This document shows positions 51,069 through 64,000 of a stretch of DNA of 64,000 nucleotides, in pieces (positions within the stretch are counted from its first letter, which is position 1; each line of letters opens with the position of its first letter). The notes under the pieces are model-generated. The model worked only from the letters and a program-made list of their open reading frames with translations. It searched no databases and was not told the DNA's origin. Source of the DNA: Octopus sinensis (lineage: Eukaryota); contig NC_043008.1 of assembly GCF_006345805.1 (NCBI RefSeq), positions 4,898,001-4,962,000 of the forward strand, given 5' to 3'. A program made the position numbers and the translations under genes.

Positions 51069-51291
51069 ATGACATCCAAACATATAACTCCTTTTATCAC
51101 TGGCTTACGTAGCCGCAATGACGAAAGTCGACTGGCAACAGCCTACGAACTTTATCGTTATGTTAACACTGATGTTCCTGAGATGCCTTTAGATGACCAG
51201 AATGCATTCATTGATGAGATTAACCACAATGTCTTTGAGATGGTATCCAGTAGTGAAGTGCATGAAAAGAAAGGAGGAATTTTGGCCATTG
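51069..51291 (+). CDS. MTOR: mTOR first coding exon
   Basis: Acceptor ttacag at 51004, ccaaaATG; MTSKHITPFITGLRSRNDESR...INHNVFEMVSSSEVHEKKGGILAI G|gtgagc matches the mTOR N-terminal HEAT region (LKSRNEETR...HIFELVSSSDANERKGGILAI). Confidence 0.96.
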
Positions 51292-54200
51292 GTGAGCACA
51301 GTTGTCTCTTTAGTGTTTTAGTCATTCTTTTCCAAAATATTCATCTTAGATAACTTTCAAAAGAATTTTAGATATTTGTATGAATAATTTTGGCAGTGCT
51401 GCAGCATGGTCAGTAGTATTAGAGTAGTTCAAACTAATTTCTTTGGCATCCATATTCTTTACGAGACGATCGGTCTGGGATGTGACAGTGGGGCATCGTC
51501 TCCAGGGTGTAGACCTAGGTAAGATTGTTTGCAAGTACTTATGCAGCAGGTTTCCTCTCCTCAACAACTTCAGGTAGGGTATGGGGGGCAAGGGCTGATG
51601 AAGCTTAGCACCAGTTCCATTCTGGCTGGAGTTGCAGAATGGACTGCCTCAGGGGCTCCAGCTTCTCATTTATAATTGATTAAACTGACCGCAGTACTTG
51701 ATTGATTCTGGAAGCACGAAGGGTAAAGCTGATCTCAAAAGAATTTCACCCTTTAGCATCAGGATCACTCTGTCGTATGTAATACTTATTTATTTATGTT
51801 GTTTTGAATTAATCATGCATTATCTCATAGCTTCAAGACTTGGATGATTGTTTGTTTTCCGAATGACATTGTAGGGTCGGTGTGAGAGGCTGGATCTTGT
51901 CAGTTTGACCACAAAACATGTAGAATATTTGGGCTGAATATGGCTGGTTTAAATGCTAAAAGGTTAAACATAGAGCATCAATGTATTAGTACACTAAGGC
52001 TAAAATGCATCACATGATTAGTTGAAGGGAAAGATGAGGAGGAAAAGCAAGGAGTGAGAGAGTAGGGTGAAAGCAAAAGGAGAGAGAGAGAGGTGTCCTT
52101 GACGTGATGTAGGGAGAATGTAATATTTAACCTTTACTGTTTCAATTGGTGCAGTTTCTGATTCGTTTTCAAGTGCCCTGACCTGCTCCTCTTCATAAAA
52201 TCCATGTGTGTGACCCCCATCCCTTCTCCACAGCCCATTTATGCTTACCACCATTGTATCCCTCTCCCCTCCACTCTCCCTCACATACCTACCTGCACAC
52301 AATGTCCCTGTTCAATCCCTTCCCCACAACATAATCCAAATACCTTGTTCCTCTACCACTGCCCACTCATTACATCCTCCCTTTTAGCTCCCACTCTCCA
52401 GTCAATCTTGTGAACTCCCTCACCCTCTCCAATCACTGTAACTTGGGTGTTGGGGGGGGCTGCCCCTCTTTGTCACGTCTTCATTTTTCTCTCCTATCTC
52501 ACTCTCTGAGTTATCTATGTTTTTATTCTAATGCAAAACATCTTTTCTGTCCCTCAGTACTACTCCTCCCCCACTCCAGTTGAGGGGGTCTTGTCCTGCA
52601 AGTTATATGATGATCTCATGGCTGCTGGTGCCACATAAAAGGCACCCAGTTAAGTGGTTTGTGTCAGGAAGGACATCCAGCCATAGAAACCATGCAAAAG
52701 CAGGCAGCAGAGCTTGGTGCAGTTTTCTGACTTAACAGTTCCTGTCAAACCTTCCTCAATATGCCAACATAGGAAATAGATGCTAAATAAAAATGGTGAT
52801 TTACATATGTATACTAGCAGCTAAGCCCAGTTTCACACAGTCTGTTTTGGGTAATGTGGCTGTGATTGTTTTCAGTTAGGCATAATCTATAACAGTGTTT
52901 CTCAACCTTATCATTTCGGGGCCCCTGTTTCGATTAGAGCCTCCAGCTGTATGAAAATTTCCTGACTCCTCCCACCCACCCCGGTCAGAAAACAGTTTCA
53001 GGAGTTGTGAAGAACAAATTTGTACATAGTCTGTTTGTGAGAGCTATACTATTGGACCTCTGTCTAATCATTAAAATATTGATTTAATTATGAACATAGA
53101 AAAAAATTATACATTAATCCCTATTTTTGTAAGCAGTTGTATCCATAAAACTTTTATTTGCAGAGAGCAGAAATTGAAAGAAGATACATGAAATGGACGT
53201 GTGTGTGTGCGTGTTCATCATATAAAATTTTTACGATAACTGATTTATGAAAAAGATTGTTAAATTTTTGAAATGCAAATATTTGAATGAAAATTAAGTT
53301 CAGACCTCTACATGGTAGAAATAGCAGCCAAATCTCCCCCACTGTCTCCATCCGACAATTCTACCTATTATATAGTTTGAATGAGAAGCTGTAACTAAAG
53401 ATTAAGATTATTAACCCCACAAAGAGGTGAAAGAAGAGAGACAGCATAGCGAAAGTTTTGACTGATTGTCATCCTGTACTCCCCTTGTTGCTAGCGAAAT
53501 GGTATATGCCGGCTGTGTGAGCAACTGGTTGTTTTAATGGTAGAACAAATAAGAGAATTCCATAAGAAAAAGTTTTAATCGATTTTCTCGGTAACTATGG
53601 GGGCTAGGAAAAAAATACAAACCGCATTCCAATCTATGCACCTGTCCCCACATGTGTGCTATTTTTCACGCGAATCCACCCAGCCATTTGACTGTGAACC
53701 TCAAGACAAGAAAGAATACAATGCTAGCCCATGTCCAATATAATCATCTTCATCATGATCCTTTAACATCCATTTTCCATGCTGGCATGGGTTGCATGGT
53801 TTGACAGCAGCTGGCCAGACTCCCATTGTTCATTGTACCATGGTTTCTACAGCTGGATGCTCTTCCTAACACCAACCACTTTACAAAGTGTGCTGGGTTT
53901 CTTTATGTGCCTCTGGCATAGGTTTCTTCTACATAACACTGGCACAAGTGCATTTTCTGTGGCACCAGCACTTGTAAAGGACAAGTCTATATGTGTGAAA
54001 GACAATGATTTGACTTGGCTTCTCAAGTACAGCAAATCACTGCAACTCTCGGTCCCCTGTCATTTCTTCAGTCTGAATAACCACACATGCGCACGTACAC
54101 ACATGAATGCAACACCATAGCCTAGTGGTTATGGTGTTGTATCTGTGACTACAAGACATGGTTTCAATTCCCAAACTGGCAACCTTATTCAAAAGCTTCA

Positions 54201-54338
54201 ACGTTGCAAGGAAGTGCATTGTTACCAGCAGTATATAGTATCTCATCTGGTTCATAGATACACACACACGCACTGACACATGTACACACAGGCAGGCAAT
54301 ACACATACACAGACAGCCAGACAGAGAGACACAGACAT

Positions 54339-54378
<40 letters not shown>

Positions 54379-56030
54379 TCAGACAGACAGACTCACTGAC
54401 TCTCTCTCTCTTGCACACACACACACACATATATGCATGCACCCCTTATTCTAGATTTATTCTCCACATCTTTAATTCTGTTGCAGGATTTCAATATCTC
54501 TACACTATTAGTTCTCTTGCCAATTCTGAATTATGTTGAACAGAAAAACACAAGAGAAAAGTAGTCTGTAAAATAAATTTAAATGTTCTCCCCCTTTCTT
54601 CCCCCCCCCTCTCATTTCAACTTTCCTTTAACAATTGGAACTAAAGTACATCCATACAGACATATACAACTCATAGCTTCCTGATGACAATTATGATTTC
54701 TCCTAGACATACTTAAGAGATCTGCCATGTGCTACTACTGTTTCACTTTGACTCACATTTTCTGTTAAACACAAAAAAGGAAAAAAATATTTCCCCAAAA
54801 TAGATTGACATGGCATTTTGTGTGAGCAAACTTTTTCTTTTTTTTTTTCAGTCTATTGGACTGAGAGAGAGCATCTGAACACTATTGTGTAATGTTTGAA
54901 TTATTAATTTTTATAATTTATAGATTTGACCTTTTAAATGTAGGACTTAGATTCACTTCAAATGAGTTAAACTCTTTCAACCACTGACTTTTTATCTAAA
55001 GATATTGGTTTTGTTGATAGGAAAAGCAAAAGGTCTGTGGAGGACATCATTGTCTCGCTGTATGCAGGCTTCCAAGTTAATATTACTTAACATTTTAATG
55101 TCCACTTTTCTATTCCTGCATGGATCAGGCAGAATTTGTTCAAATTTTCTACAGTCGGCAGCTCTTTTTCTTGCCAACCCTCACCTGTTGAGAAGCCAGT
55201 TAATATTTTTTCATAGCCAGGCATGTTTTGATGGAAGATTGGAAATGAAGGTTACTGTTTGTAGGAGGATGACACTCCATATGACTATCATATGATGTTA
55301 AGAGAAGGGGACACACACACACATCTACCTACCAGCCAACTCACTCCTATCGCAAAGCTTTGGTTGATCTAAGGCCATAATAGAAGTCATTTGCCTGCCA
55401 TGTGGTTGGGAAACCAACTTCTGAACCCCTGTGCCAAGTCACTGCCTAACCAAAATCACAATGTGTGATTTTATTTATGCAGGCACAAGATAAGGCTTAA
55501 GCAGTGCATTTTACAATCTTGGGATCAATCCCACTAGCAGGTATCTTCTGCTATAGCCTTAGTAGCTCTGTTTGTAGAATTGGACAGTGTGTCTGAGAGT
55601 TGTGTTAATGATACGTGTATCTGTAGTGTACCTTTAGCATTCATATTAGTCTATCAAATGTAATATTTATTTAATGATCTTTTTTTTTTCTTTCTCCTGG
55701 CTGTAAATTTTGGTCTGAAAAATTTGGCCATTTTTACATATGCAGCCACACAAGGATAAGATGATCTAGTATTTAAAAAAATTTTTTGATGCTTAAAGCT
55801 GTTGTAAAGAAATTGTCCTAGTGTATGGAAGTCCTGAAAATAGTTGTTTGAAATCACATTGATGCTAAATTGCAATCAGTGCTGGTTTGAATCACATCAG
55901 CAGGAGTCACCAATTTTAATTCTGTGGTTTATAGTGTAAGAATATAGTTGCACATATCATGACAATTATATTGCATAACTCTTAAATCAATAATTGCACT
56001 TGATAATTAAAAAAAAAATTTATTTACTAG

Positions 56031-56191
56031 TGCAGGAGTGGCTGTGTGGAAAGAAGCTTGCTTCCCAACCACATGGTTCCAGGTTCAGTCCCACTGCATG
56101 GCATCTTGGGCAAGTGTCTTCTACAATAGCCCCAGGCTGACCAAAGCCTTGTGAGTGGATTTGATAGACAGAAACTGAAAGAAGCCCATTG

Positions 56192-56226
<35 letters not shown>

Positions 56227-56390
56227 CTGTGTGTGTGTTTGTTCCCCCCACCATCGCTTGACAATCGATGTTGCATGTTTACATCCCCATAACTTAACGC
56301 TTACAAAGAATAAGTCCTGTTATCGATTTATTTGACTAAAGGCAGTGCTCCAGCATGGCAACAGTTAAATGACTGAAACAAGTAAAAAAA
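56031..56390 (+). mobile_element. tRNA-derived SINE, near full length, in the mTOR intron
   Basis: gcaggagtggctgtgtgg..gcttgcttcccaaccacatggttcc..ggttcagtcccactgc ... gactgaaacaagtaaaa. Confidence 0.9.
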
Positions 56391-59300
56391 AAATAGCAAA
56401 GTTAAGATGGAAAGTTGGCAGAAACATTAACACATCAGACATTTCTTGAGGCTCTTTACATTCTAGGTTCAAATCCTGTCACGGTCAACTTTCCCTTTCA
56501 CCCTTTCATTCAATAAAATAAAGTACCTGTCAAGTACTTGGTCAATGTCATCAACTAGCCCCCACCTCTTTGCTTGGTCTTATCTTTTGTTTCACTCATT
56601 GGTTTTCAGTCATGCTGGGGCACCATCTTGAAATGTTTAGTTGAAGGAATCAGCCCCAGTTTTTTACTTTTTTAAGTTTGGTATTTATTCTGTCGATCCC
56701 TTTTATCAACTGGTTGTTAAGTGGTGGTGGTGGGGATAAACATATTCACATGTACATACATATATAAATATATATGATGGGCTTCTTTCAGTTTCCATCT
56801 ACCAAATCCACTCACAAGGCTTTGATCAACCTAGGGCTGTCCAAAGTACCATGCAGTGGAACTGAACCCAAAACCATGTTATTGGGAAGCAACCGAAATT
56901 TGATACAATTAACAGAGGTGTGTGTGTTGTGTGGTGATCAGCAACATTAATGGTTTACTGTAATGTTGATCAGACTTGTTGGAATCACATAAATGAAAGT
57001 GATGTGAAATGTGGTGATAAACTGTGTCCAAAGTCCTCACCATTGTGTGTAAACTGTGTCTGTGATGTTTAAATCGTCATAAAACAGTGGTCATAATGTT
57101 GAACATTCAGAAAGTATGTTTTCAAGTTGATTAACACAAGTGACAGTCCAGTCTGTTTTTGTTATCGACTCACAGTATCAGCTCCACAAACTGTGTAGGG
57201 CATTGACTGTATAGTGTGATGAATGGATCAGTCGTTCAATGATGAGGATTTGGTTGAGCAAATCCTCGTGTCGAAGTGACTGACCAATCCACACACATCT
57301 TTTATTATCTTTTACTTGTTTCCATCATTGGACTGTGGCCATGCTGAAGGGTTTAGTCAAACAAATTGACTCCAGTGCTTATTTTAAGCCTGGTACTAAT
57401 TCTAATGTTCTCTTTTGCTGAACTGCTATGTTACAAGGATGTAATCAAACCAACACCAGTTGTCAAGTGATGTGTGTGGTGAGGGCAAACATACATAATT
57501 GTGTGTGTGTAAGAGAGGCTTCTAGACAGTTTCCATCTACCCAATTCACTCATGAGACATTGGTCAGCCTGGGTCTATAGCAGAAGGTGCTTGCCCAAGG
57601 GGACTGAACCTGAAACCATGTGGTTGCAAAGCTTTTTAACCCCACAGCCAGCCATGTGTACTCTTACAATCAGCATGGCATAGTGTGGGACAATGCCAGG
57701 TGCTGTCACTCAGTAGGCTTCTTTACAGTTTCTTTCAACCCAGTTTCCTATAGCCAAAGCTATAGGAAATGACATTTTCCCAAAATACAACACAATGGGA
57801 GCAAACTTGAGTTCATGTGCTGGTAACTGCACCTACAATGTGTAATGTTTCTGGCTACTGATTAATCTATAGAGAAGTATTACAGCTTCATAAATGTGAA
57901 ATTGTTGGTTCATTGTATGTCACGGAAAGATAACCTCATAGTGCTATAGACTACTTCAGAGACAGTTTGTAAAGAAACTGTAAGAGACTGTATACAGTTT
58001 CTTTTATAATATCGTAAGTAGCTTAGGTACTGGATGAACTAAAGAATGATCTTTCGTTAAGTTAGTTCATATATATAGTGAACAGTCACAAGTTCCACTT
58101 CAGTGGAAGCAAGAAATTTACTGGTTCAATGCAGAACATGGCACTAGCAACAAACAATTTTCAAAGAAATGTTTGGTATGAAGTTTCTGTTTGTTGGTTA
58201 GAGTTGATGTAGGACTTTTGGTATACTGTAGAAAGATTGACTAAAGTGTTGAGTGTGGAATGGAAGAAGGCAAATTATAGCCATCAAGACTTTCTGGTTA
58301 TCTGCATTGGTCTAATCCTTTAGCATCCAATTTAATTTGTCAAACATAATACTTATTTTGAATTAATCATGCATTATCTCATAGCTTTGAGGTTTTGATG
58401 TGATTGTTTATTTTTAGCAATGACATTGTAGGGTAAGTATGAGAGGCTGGATGGGGCCAGTTTGAATGTAAATCAAGGAGAATATTTGGGCTAGATGTGC
58501 TTGGTTTAAATGCTAAAGGTTCAAGCAAGCATGGACAGCATTTTTTGAGAAGCAGGCCACATGAGATATGGCTCATCATCAGGTGGGCTGTACTACTAAA
58601 AAAAAAATTCAGGGTAATGTTTTGTTAGGCTTTCCATTCAGAAAGTTGCATAGGATGCGCTTTGCCTGTGGCTGGTCTAAATAATGCACTGCCTTATACT
58701 GTAGTTGCGATTGATGGAAATAGTTTTTATTGAAGCATTGCTTTCACAACTGAACAGCCATCCTATTGCTATCTACTCAACTATGAAGTAGGAATGGAGA
58801 CTGTCTTTTTGTTTAGTTATTCAAGCTCATGGGCCCAACACAATGCTGGTAGGGCCATGCATTCAGTAGTGCATCACCATAACCTCACAGCCATTTATTG
58901 CTGCTGGGCAATATTTTCATATATTATTGAATGTGAGGAGAATGTTATTGAGATGATGTCAAAGTGTATCCTTTTCCTGTACCCTTTATGGGAATGGGGT
59001 TCATGCTTTCGAATATGATCAGATATCTTCAATGTTTCTGTTTAATAAACATTGTGTGAAATGATTGTAAATATATCCTATTTCAATTTTTAAAAAAATT
59101 AAAATTTGAATAACAGTAGTTTCTAATTATAAATATTGAATTGTTGCATTTGAGAGGGTTTAGTAATTTCAAAACGGATTCTTTTATTTTCTGGCATGTA
59201 AGTCAGTGCAGTGTATAGTGCAAACATGTAGTGTAGACAGTCAAACTTTGTCACTATCTTTCCGAATCCTGCTGCAGTTCACATGAAGTTTTTGGTTCTT

Positions 59301-59971
59301 CAAAGTCATTTTGGTACATAGGTCAACCTACCTTGTTTGGCTGTAAATTTTGGTTTGAAAAATTCAACTTGTATGCAAGAAAATAGAGTAATTTTTTTTC
59401 TTAATTTAGCTTAAGTGTTAGATTGATTAAATGTTAAGATTTGTTCAATGCAGTTTCTTTAACCAAGTTTTCTCTCAATTTCTCTTTTCATGTGCCATGT
59501 CCTCAGGTATCAGTAATCATAGACTTCCATGCCAAAGTCTGAAGATGCATGATTTTTTCTTGGAAAAGATACATGAATGTTTTTTATAGCCTTCTTCCAG
59601 TCTATTTATAATTTACTCCGCTAGTCTCTTGTTCCCCTAAGCTAACCCTTGACGTTCAGGACCTAAACTTTAGAAAAGGGAACAGGTTCATGTGACTTCA
59701 GGACAATACTCTCACTAGCGGGCCTGTGTGACACATGTCTGAAAGTTAGTCCTACGCTAAGTGCTGTATGGTTTAGCCATAGGATCTTTATGCGATTTGA
59801 CTCCTAGCTGGTGTCCTTGGCAGGTTGCAGCACCTCTTGTCAAAATGCCCTTGGGAGTAGTGGTGACAAAGGGGCTAGTCTAGCCTCCCTGAAACTCGTA
59901 AGCTGGAGCCTCATCACCAAATGCTGTTTAATGTCCCTTAACCCCTCAGCTTAAAGAAGTTAAAAACTAGT

Positions 59972-59987
59972 GGGGTGGGTGGGTGGG
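59972..59987 (+). other. Canonical G-quadruplex-forming motif
   Basis: GGGGTGGGTGGGTGGG: four G-tracts with 1-nt loops. Confidence 0.6.
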
Positions 59988-61375
59988 TAAGACAGATTGA
60001 TGGAATTCAGCTGCAGAGATTTCTAAGTAGAACAGTAAAAAAACTGTATGTCTAAAGATTGTTGGAATGTTATACTAGACATTAATGTTTACAATATTTT
60101 CATTGGCCTCTCTCTCTCTTTCTCTGTCTCTCTCATCTTTAATTGCCACCCAGTGTCTAAGATTATTGTGTGCAGACAGTACATGTGTATCTGATTAAAT
60201 TGTATTTTTAATAAAATTCCATTACTTACTGAATATAGACATGGAATGTTGTATATTTCTCCCCGAAATAGCCAGCTACTACAAAGCACATAACTATTTT
60301 CATGTGACATCATTACACATGGCATATTTTATGAAAGTTACTGAAATGCAATTGTGTTTATTGGTTGAACCATTCAGATTACTCTGTCGAACATAATGCT
60401 TATTTATTCATGTTGTTTTCAATTAACCAAGTATAATCTCTTAGTTTCAAGGCTTTGATGGTGTAATTGTTTTTAGAATGACATTGTAGGGTAGGTGTGA
60501 GAGGCCAGATCTGACTTGTTTCAACATAGAATATTTATTTCTTTACTACCCACAAGGGGCTAAACATAGAGGGGACAAACAAGGACAGACAAAGGTATTA
60601 AGTCAATTACATTGACCCCAGTGCACAACTGGTACTTAATTTATCGACCCCCGAAAGGATGAAAGGCAAAGTCGACCTTGGCGGAATTTGAACTCAGAGC
60701 ATTTGTGCTGGTGCCACATAAAAGCATTCATGCCAATGCCATGTAGAGAGCATCCAGTACACTCTGTAAAGTGGTTGGTGTTAGGAAGGGGCTCCAACCA
60801 TAGAAACCATCCCAAAACAGACAAATAGTTTGGGCAGCTCTCCAGTTGGCCACCTCTTGTCAAACTATCCAAATCATGCCAGTGCGGAGAACAGATGCCA
60901 GTTGATGAAATGTGCAGATGTTTATTTTTATACTTGTGAGAAGAGAGGCTGTACCCATTACCATTGTGGCTCCTCCCCAGCCACACCCCAGACTGATAAC
61001 ATTGGTATGGCTGATACTCAACCTGAACATCTGTAGAAAATGCTTCCAACAGTGAACTCCACAAAAGCCACACAAAGCTATCTGAGTGGTTTGTAAACTG
61101 GGCAACAGATTTGGTCAATGACCCAGAGTAGATAACTTGAAGAAAAAGAATAGTTTTACCTGTGAACAAATCATGAAAATGAGAATATGGAACTTCATTT
61201 TAAAGGTGCAGGTGTGTTTGTGTGGTAAGAAATTTGCTTCCCAACCACATGCTTCTAGAGTCAGTCCCATTGCGTGACACCTTGCGCATGTTTTCTCCTA
61301 GTTTGTGTCTGTGTGTGTCTAAATGAAAAGTATATATAATATATATGTGTGTGTGTGTGTATGCATATATATATC

Positions 61376-61920
61376 AACATCATCGTTTAACATCCGTTTT
61401 CCATGCTGGCATGGGTTGGACGGTTTGTCTGGGGTCTGGGAAGTCAGGAGGCTGCACCAGGCCCCCATCTGATCTGGCAGTGTTTCTACAGCTGGATGCC
61501 CTTCCTAACGCCAACTACTCTGATAGTATAGTGGGTGCTTTCTACGTGCCACCAGCACAAGGGGCCAGAAAAGCTGGCTTCAACCACGTTTGGATGGTGC
61601 TTTTTATGTGCCACCGGAACAGAAGCCAGTCAAGGCGGCACTGGCATCGGTCACATTCAGATGATGCTTTTTACATGCTACCAGCATGGGGCTCACAACT
61701 ACAATTTCCATCTGATTTGATTTTGATATTGCTGATGTCTCCTCAAGCATGGCATGTTGATCCAAGGTACTTTTCAGTGGGCTGGTTATGCGACACTGGT
61801 GTAGGTTACAGCTGTGGACTCACTTTATTTGCCTGGTCCTCTCAGTCACAGCATAACTCCAGAGGTCTTGGTCTTTGGTCATTGCCTCCATGAGGCCCAA
61901 CGTTTGAAGGTCATGCATCA
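61376..61920 (-). mobile_element. RTE LINE 3'UTR/tail
   Basis: catcatcgtttaacatccgttttccatgctggcatggg... continuing to the C-terminal MHDLQTLGLMEAMTKDQDLW. Confidence 0.9.
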
Positions 61921-62198
61921 CCATATATATATATATATATATACACACACAACTATTTGACAAATGGTCTTTGGTTTGTTTATGTCTCTTGTAACTTACT
62001 GGTTTAGCAAAAAAGATCAAGAGAATAAATACCAGGCTTCAGAAACCAAAGTACTGGGGTTGGTTCATTCGATTAGAATTTCTTCAAGACAGAGCCCTAG
62101 CATAGCTACATTCTAACGGGTGAAGCAAGAAAAAGACGAAACTGATTTCACTGATTTGTTGTAAATTAATAATGGTGTAAAATGTCTTTCTTTTACAG

Positions 62199-62434
62199 CT
62201 ACCCTCGTTGGTGTTGATATTGGAAATGCAGCTACAAAAATTAGCCGTTTCGCTAATTACTTGAGAAACCTTGTTCCATCCAGTGATGTTGGCTTGATGG
62301 AAATGACAGCTAAAGGGATGGGCATATTAGCTCTGTCTGCTGGTAACCACGCTGCTGAGTATGTGGACTTTGAGACGAAGAGATCTCTGGAACTTTTAGC
62401 TGGTGAAAGACATGAAGGCCAACGTTATTCAGCC
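62199..62434 (+). CDS. MTOR: mTOR second coding exon
   Basis: ttttacag|CT: (A)TLVGVDIGNAATKISRFANYLRNLVPSSDVGLMEMTAK...AEYVDFETKRSLELLAGERHEGQRYSA|gtaagt; phase-1 join with exon 51069-51291; the gene continues beyond the window. Confidence 0.96.
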
Positions 62435-62699
62435 GTAAGTAAACACGCATGCATCACACACACACACACACATACAATGACATATACCCTTGATAATAAA
62501 TGGTGTCTGCCTGCGTGAAGAATGGTGTGTATTTGCAACTGGGAAGCAGCAGCATTATATATTGCAGGTTTTTGTGAGCAACAGTTATAAAGTTGGTGCA
62601 AAAGAAACATCACAGGGAACCTCAGTTGGGGGACAGGGCTAAGTTTTCTGTTTTGTCACTAATATTCATTGCCAAAAGATACACATGTACATATGTATA

Positions 62700-62890
62700 T
62701 ATATATATAGGGAGAGTTTACGAAATAAACAAAAGACGAAGACGGGTGGTGTACAAAACAAAACAAATGTATTAGTATAACGCTCAGGAATAGAAAAAGT
62801 CTTTTACGTTTCGAGCCTATGCTCTTCTACAGAAAGGGACACAGAAAAAACAAGGAGAGAAAAAATGTGTGTTGTAGCTAACAATCTATC
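62700..62890. mobile_element. Penelope-like terminal repeat fragment
   Basis: acgtttcgagcctatgctcttctacagaaag resembles Penelope terminal motifs; starts at a (TA)n tract. Confidence 0.45.
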
Positions 62891-63786
62891 ATATATATAT
62901 ATATATGAATAAAATAAAGTAGTGAGATCCAATGTGGTTGTTGGGCAGACAATTGGTCAGCCTCAAGCATTGACAGAGTTTGTATAGAAAACACAAAGTA
63001 GATGATGATTGATCAATAAAGTTTATTAATCAATGGATCCAATACATTTTGTCCCATATTGAATTGGATAGAAAGTCCAGTGATTGCTCTTATACAAAGG
63101 GCATCTCTAATAGAACAGAAGTTGCTAATCACGTAATAAAAAGGGAATGGAATCGATAATTTCATACTAGGCATGTTTCAAAAGACTCCCCCATTGAATG
63201 TGTGAGCAACAGGTAGAAAGGCATCTGAAAAGAAGGAACAGTGAACACCTGTGTCGCACCTTAAAGTTATGCAATATGCATTTGATGAGTCTTTTTCAAA
63301 CGTGTGGTACTTAACGAGATTTTCTATTGCCTTTCTCCTACAGATGTATATGAATCATTATTTGCACTGTGTACTGTGAGATCTTAATGATTTAGTGTTC
63401 TTAATGCATTGCAGCAGATTTGAATGCCAATATGCATGTCACAACAATTTCTCCCTTTTACAATGTCAGTGTGTTCATAACACACTTTGTTCACTGGTAC
63501 AAGAATTCTAGGACACTCATGTTTCAACCTGTTGTTTCGTTAGCCAGAAGCACCTGAACCTAAGAATAAATATGCAACATACAGTGGTACCTTGGTTTTT
63601 GAACAACTTTGATTGTGAATAAATCATGCTTTATATTTATATATAGATAGATATATAAAGCCTGATTTATTTGTGATCAGAGGCGTTTGTAAACAGAGGT
63701 GCTACTGTATTAAATGAATGTGAGAAACACAGGAGATAAAGTACGATTTTATTCATAATCAGAGTTGTTTAAAAACTGAAGTTCTA

Positions 63787-63823
<37 letters not shown>

Positions 63824-64000
63824 GTGTGTGATGGGCTTTGGCACAGTTTCTGTCTACCAAATTCCTTTGACATGGCATTAGTCAACCCAAACCAATGTGG
63901 AATATATTTGCCATGTAACTGTTTTGAAACTGGAATGATGTACTACAAAATTTAACCACTGAGACAAGATTTATCTTAGTAATGTTTGTTTTTACATTAA

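Noticed and set aside
56031-56110. tRNA gene
   Set aside because: tRNA-like A/B boxes are SINE heads followed by the SINE body; no cloverleaf is evident
63330-63400. Next mTOR exon after ctcctacag
   Set aside because: No frame gives the expected VLVLRELA continuation; the next exon is probably outside the window

Overview
Eukaryotic, AT-rich, repeat-dense animal DNA, very likely an octopus (coleoid cephalopod). That assignment rests on the abundant tRNA-derived SINEs, RTE-clade LINEs with (GAT)n tails, MITEs and (TA)/(CA) microsatellites. Four protein-coding genes are supported. (1) A complete spliced SUB1/PC4 gene on the minus strand: 4 coding exons, 114 aa, plus a probable non-coding first exon near 10951. 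(2) A divergent UBIAD1-family prenyltransferase with an intronless CDS (20802-21677, +). (3) A second, conserved UBIAD1 with an intronless CDS (39194-40138, -). (4) The first two coding exons of mTOR (51069-51291 and 62199-62434, +), head-to-head with the conserved UBIAD1 as in human. The most interesting signal is the UBIAD1 pair. The copy that is otherwise closest to vertebrate UBIAD1 has lost conserved active-site acids (DDR->NHK; D236->H). The fast-evolving copy keeps D118/D236/D240 but has a remodelled pocket. This suggests an enzyme/pseudoenzyme (or sensor) split. Also notable: a C4HC3 PHD-type finger inserted inside the reverse transcriptase of the local RTE LINE family, a 5'-retained ORF1-only Tx1/L1-like relic, several long inverted repeats and a duplicated splice acceptor. 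Human residue numbers and alignments are from memory and by eye, not computed; repeat boundaries are approximate.
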